Source: Candidatus Thorarchaeota archaeon (GTDB taxonomy: Archaea > Asgardarchaeota > Thorarchaeia > Thorarchaeales > Thorarchaeaceae). From it: 10,872 bases of DNA. Under the pieces are notes generated by a model. It saw nothing but the letters and a program-made list of their open reading frames with translations, was not told the DNA's origin and did no database searches. Where the stretch lies: contig JAEOUG010000179.1 of assembly GCA_016839445.1 (NCBI GenBank), forward strand, positions 1 to 10,872. The letters run 5' to 3'. The position numbers and the translations under genes were made by a program. Positions 7,318 to 10,872 of the stretch are shown here, piece after piece (positions within the stretch are counted from its first letter, which is position 1; every line of letters begins with the position of its first letter).

Positions 7318-8349
7318 TCAGAGTCGCTGGGCAATGAATCTTGCTTCTCCGATAATCCTCTTGATCTCGGGGAGGAGGATATCGTAAGCGCCGTGCTCCA
7401 GCAGCACTTCCGCGTAGAACTTGGGGTCTGTTTCCTCCAAAGTGGCCAAGAACTCAGCACTCTCTAGGTACTTCCAGTCACGCAGCGTGACTAGTGCTTT
7501 TCCTAGAGAACAGGCAGTCTGGCGCATCTCCAATACAGCTAGTTCATAGTCGCCAGCATATGTCAATCCTAGGGCTCCGAAGTATTCTCGCTGTGCCTGC
7601 GCCAATAGAGTTGTGACCAAAGCGGCGTCTCCTTCTGTACCCATCTCCTCCAGCTCTTGTTCAGCTCGATCTAGCCAGCTCTTCACCTGGTCTAGGACGT
7701 CCAAAAGCTTGGTTTCATCCATCCCCTTCAGCTTGTAGGTTCTGAGGAATAGCTGGTATGTGATGGGGTCTAGGAGCCTGACTTCGGAGAGAACCTCTGA
7801 AGGCCTCAAGATGTGGTATATGTGATTCGTCATAACGATTACCCGGCCAAGTTCTAGGAGTCCCTCTCGGATCTCGTAGATGGCACTTGCCGGCTCATCA
7901 TCATCCGCATACCTGAGAGCCGAGTTGAGATGGGCGAGAGCCTTCTCCTTCACGCCCTGAATAGCCGCATCTGGCCAAGCATAGGCTGATGCCTTCTCCT
8001 GCCACTTCTTCAGTCTACTCTTTGTGTCGTGGACAACTCTTGCTCCCTGAAGCCTTCCAACCACGCCCGCGATGGTGAGAACGTCTGTGATCTCTCGCTC
8101 AAGAACCCCCTCAACTTCGCCGGCTGTAATGAAGAGCATGTCGATTCTGACCTCCTTGTGCATTGACAGGAGCCGAACTGGAGCCTCTTCGCCATCCCAG
8201 ACCAAGCAGACATCCAGGTCAGAGTCCGCCGTGGCAGTTCCCTTGACGAACGAACCGTAGGCAAAGATGCCAACGACCTGGTCATTCTTCTTCCACTCCT
8301 TGACCGTGTCGTCTAAGGCGGCGTTGTATCGTCTATGGATGTCCATCAT
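7318..8349 (-). CDS. Pol-beta superfamily nucleotidyltransferase with two tandem HEPN/KNTase-C-like helical domains
   Basis: Signature GIFAYGSFVKG...DSDLDV...RID at aa 27-70. Residues ~133-229 and ~248-343 align with each other. Confidence 0.82.
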   Translation of the reverse strand: MMDIHRRYNAALDDTVKEWKKNDQVVGIFAYGSFVKGTATADSDLDVCLVWDGEEAPVRLLSMHKEVRIDMLFITAGEVEGVLEREITDVLTIAGVVGRLQGARVVHDTKSRLKKWQEKASAYAWPDAAIQGVKEKALAHLNSALRYADDDEPASAIYEIREGLLELGRVIVMTNHIYHILRPSEVLSEVRLLDPITYQLFLRTYKLKGMDETKLLDVLDQVKSWLDRAEQELEEMGTEGDAALVTTLLAQAQREYFGALGLTYAGDYELAVLEMRQTACSLGKALVTLRDWKYLESAEFLATLEETDPKFYAEVLLEHGAYDILLPEIKRIIGEARFIAQRL

Positions 8350-8389
8350 TTAGCAGCATGCTCTCCTTCCTATTCCCTCAGTAGTCTGG

Positions 8390-8465
8390 CTCATTCTCAT
8401 TAAAGTTATCTGCTTCAGCCTCCCGACACTCATTAATAGAGGATTTGACGCAGTCGGTACGAGGT
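8390..8465. promoter_or_regulatory. Divergent promoter region between the NTase and rph
   Basis: AT-rich boxes at 8399-8404 (TTTAAT on the - strand) and 8432-8438 (ATTAATA). CTCATTAA occurs directly repeated at 8396 and 8429. SD-like GAGGT at 8461-8465 precedes the rph ATG. Confidence 0.4.
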
Positions 8466-8471
8466 CCCACC

Positions 8472-9173
8472 ATGCCCCGTAGCGATGGCAGATCAAACGA
8501 CGAGCTCCGGCCAGTGCAATTTGAGCGAGATTTCCTGAAACACCCAGAGGGTTCAGTACTTGTCTCGACTGGAGAAACGAGAGTAATCTGCACGGCAACG
8601 GTGGAAGAAGGTGTTCCTGGCTGGCTCAATGGTTCTGGAAAGGGGTGGGTCACTGCAGAGTACGGAATGCTGCCTCGATCCACAACCGAGCGGATGAACC
8701 GCTACAAGGTGAGCGGGCGCACGCAGGAGATTCAACGCCTCATCGGCCGCTCGCTCAGAGCCGCGGTGGATCTGTCTAGACTCGGTGAGATTACTATTCG
8801 AATTGACTGTGATGTCATTCAGGCTGATGGGGGAACTAGGACTGCATCAGTCACTGGGGCTTTCGTTGCTCTCTGTGATGCGCTCCACTTCATGCAGGAC
8901 ATGGACATGATCAGAGAGATTCCTCTGGTCGGTCATGTTGCCGCTGTGAGTGTGGGGGTCATCAAAGGGGAAGTACTCCTCGATCTCTGCTACCTTGAGG
9001 ACTCAAGCGCGGATGTTGACATGAACATAGTCATGCGTGATGAAGAGTTCGTGGAGGTCCAAGGAACGGGAGAGGGTGCCACCTTCCATCGGACTGCTCT
9101 CGATGAGATGCTTGATTTGGCAACAAGAGGGATCCGGGAACTGATCGAGCTTCAGAAGAGCACCCTGAAGTGA
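8472..9173 (+). CDS. rph: Ribonuclease PH, bacterial type
   Basis: [65 protein letters not shown] and the signature [14 protein letters not shown], plus EVQGTGE. ATG 8472 with an SD is preferred over TTG 8445. Confidence 0.95.
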   Translation: MPRSDGRSNDELRPVQFERDFLKHPEGSVLVSTGETRVICTATVEEGVPGWLNGSGKGWVTAEYGMLPRSTTERMNRYKVSGRTQEIQRLIGRSLRAAVDLSRLGEITIRIDCDVIQADGGTRTASVTGAFVALCDALHFMQDMDMIREIPLVGHVAAVSVGVIKGEVLLDLCYLEDSSADVDMNIVMRDEEFVEVQGTGEGATFHRTALDEMLDLATRGIRELIELQKSTLK

Positions 9174-9216
9174 CTCACGGCTATCTGAGAGCCTCTTGAA
9201 CCGATGCATCTGGCGT

Positions 9217-9226
9217 AAGCTTTATA
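9217..9226 (+). promoter_or_regulatory. Putative rRNA promoter P1 TATA box
   Basis: AAGCTTTATA matches the archaeal TATA consensus TTTAWA and lies upstream of the 23S gene. Confidence 0.6.
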
Positions 9227-9249
9227 CGCAAATCCTGAGCTGATACAAT

Positions 9250-9671
9250 GCTCACGTTGAGTAGAGAAGGTCTTCTGCGGCGTCAACGCCGTGAGGCTGT
9301 TCTGGCGAACCTCGACGTACAGCAAGCTTTAAATCGCTAGCCAGTCAGGCTGGCGGAGCGCTCACCGGAAGGTGGGCCGCATGGTTCGAAGACCTCTTCT
9401 GAGGCTCCGCCGAGAGGGACCCACAATTGTGGAAGTCTCTCAATGAGGGGATTCATCGGGACAAGACCAATCACGAGTCATTCCCGTTGGAGAACCGTCG
9501 CTGCATATGGTCTGGTGCCGTGCACCATGAAGGGCCATTGTGCAGGGATAGCAGAGGATGGAGTACACAATCGATACGATAAATGATACACACTCCTTGG
9601 CATGATCAGTCATGATCATGTTCACAATTGGTGACAACAGGCAATACTGTGTCAAGCATATGAGTAGGTCC
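9250..9671 (+). other. Structured non-coding 5' leader (external transcribed spacer) of the 23S rRNA
   Basis: No credible ORF, and dense hairpins: GCGGCG-TCAA-CGCCGT, GCTCACC-GGAA-GGTGGGC, CCAC-AATT-GTGG, ATGAG-GGGA-TTCAT, CGGGA..TCCCG, TGCAC..GTGCA, GGAGT..ACTCC and GCATGATCA-GTCA-TGATCATGT. Confidence 0.65.
9324..9333 (+). promoter_or_regulatory. Putative rRNA promoter P2 TATA box
   Basis: AAGCTTTAAA is 107 bp downstream of P1 and shares the same AAGCTTTA core. Confidence 0.6.
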
Positions 9672-10872
9672 GCTATATCGCTATACGGCCAGTGGTGGAT
9701 GACTTGGTTGGCTAGCCGATGAAGGGCGTGACAAGCAGCGAAATGCCGCGGGTAGACGCATGAAGTCTTTGATCCGCGGGTTCCCGAATTGGACTTCCTT
9801 GTACGGGTTAATACCCCGTGCAGATCCAGGGTCGCTCCTGGATTGGGAACGCTCGGAACTGAAGCATCTTAGTACGGGCAGGAAGAGAAAACAAATGTGA
9901 TTCCCTGAGTAACAGCGAGCGAAAGGGGAAAAGGCCAAACCGAATCCCAGTGCGATGAGTACTGGGGGATGTGGTGTGTGGACCATGGACAATTGCCGCC
10001 TCACCTAAGCCGAAGTCGTCTGGGACGACGTGGCATAGAGGGTGATACCCCCGTAGGCATAAAGTGAAGGCATGTCTGTGGATCCCGAGTAGCGCGGGTT
10101 GGATGTCTCGCGTGAACGTCGCAGGTACAATCTGCGAAGCCTAAATACTCAGCCAAACCGATAGTAAACTATGTAGCGCGAGCGAAAGTTGAAAAGCGCC
10201 GCGGAAGCGGGGTGAAAAGTACCTGAAACCATTGGTCTACTCAAAGGATGCTGATTACAAGAGGAGATGCTCGGGGAACGAGGCGCGAGTGATTGCGTAG
10301 TAGGACCTGAGCGGATCGAGTCGGCATCATCCGTCTTGAAACACGGGCCAGGGAGTTCATGAGCGTGGCGAGGATAAGGTGAACAACCGTAAACGAAGGG
10401 AAACCGACATGCCCGCAACCTTCGGGTGAGGGGCGGCGTGTGATAAGCGCGCGAAGTCACTCTCATGACACGAGAAACCAGTCGATCTAGGCTTGGCCAG
10501 GGTGAAGCCGGGCGAAAGCTCGGTGGAGGCCCGAAAGGGTTCTGACGTGCAACTCGTTCCGTTGAGCTGAGCGTAGGGGTAAAAGGCTTATCTAGACTGG
10601 TGATTGCTCGTTCTCCGCGAAGTTGGTCGCAGCCAAGCTCTGCTTGAGGTATCATGTGGTGTAGAGCACTTTTGGATGTGCCCGGGGGACGTCAAGTCCT
10701 TCACCATCCCGAAAACTCCGAAGCTGCATGAACCGTAGAAGGCAGGAGACGGGTGCCCGGGGTAAGCCCGGCAGGCCGAGATGGGGAGATCCGAGAGTGT
10801 GGTTCAGGTCCCTATGTGCCGGATAAGTGAGGTGAAGAAGGGCGTCGAGAGCCCAAGACAGTCTGGGGGTGA
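9672..10872 (+). rRNA. rrl: 23S rRNA, archaeal type, 5' portion (domain I and most of domain II), truncated by the window end
   Basis: Conserved LSU blocks GGTGGATG, CCGATGAAGG, GAACTGAAGCATCTTAGTA, GAGTAACAGCGAGCGAA, ACCGATAGTAAAC, CCTGAAACC, and the archaeal/eukaryote-type CCGTCTTGAAACACGGGCCAGGGAG. The 5' end is approximate (within about 10 nt), placed by analogy with the E. coli GGUGGAUG position. Confidence 0.97.

Noticed and set aside
7318-8349. MNT-HEPN toxin-antitoxin or CBASS cyclase
   Set aside because: There is no separate HEPN toxin or Rx4-6H motif and no CBASS effector gene nearby.
300-9209. Remaining short alternative-frame and antisense ORFs (for example 300..488, 1998..2402, 2512..2919, 5959..6330, 8378..8683)
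   Set aside because: They overlap well-supported genes and lack motifs, as expected for shadow ORFs in moderately GC-rich DNA.
9352-9411. tRNA gene (GGTTCGAA plus GC-rich closing stem)
   Set aside because: Only 60 nt, with no D-arm or 7-nt anticodon loop, and the T-like motif is in the middle arm. It is kept only as a structural observation.
9440-9655. 71-aa minus-strand ORF in the rRNA leader
   Set aside because: It has no recognisable motif, and the region is better explained as structured leader RNA on the + strand.
9340-9660. SRP RNA or RNase P RNA
   Set aside because: TCAGG and CCGGAAGG are reminiscent of SRP helix 8, but the AGCAG partner of the internal loop is missing. I found no RNase P conserved GAGGAAAGUCC block.
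10231-10470. Supersized eukaryote-like expansion segments (ES7/ES9 regions) in the 23S
   Set aside because: The spacing between conserved blocks (about 100 nt in the helix 25 region) looks ordinary for archaea by eye. The ES39 region is outside the window.
9681-10655. Minus-strand ORFs 9681..10004 and 10149..10655
   Set aside because: They are antisense to the 23S rRNA, a common source of spurious ORFs, and show no protein motifs.

Overview
Archaeal chromosomal window. The evidence is an archaeal-type 23S rRNA, TATA-box promoters and a geranylgeranyl reductase. An Asgard/Thorarchaeia-like origin is my inference and needs a 23S phylogeny. On the + strand: uridine/nucleoside phosphorylase, GNAT acetyltransferase, two adjacent SPPY-type DNA methyltransferases (alpha then beta class) with no restriction endonuclease, geranylgeranyl reductase family protein, membrane-anchored M28/glutaminyl-cyclase-like enzyme and a WD40 propeller. 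On the - strand: a nucleotidyltransferase with a duplicated helical C-terminal domain, followed by a 194-aa protein that resembles the WED/REC half of TnpB/Cas12f and lacks RuvC. Then a divergently transcribed bacterial-type RNase PH, a roughly 500-nt structured leader with two tandem promoter-like units, and the 5' ~1.2 kb of an unlinked, divergent 23S rRNA gene. The best novelty candidate is the RuvC-less TnpB-like gene within an NTase / RNase PH / 23S RNA-metabolism neighbourhood. Next are the orphan MTase pair and the triple palindromic element over its start codon. All family calls come from motif recognition by eye, and no searches were run.
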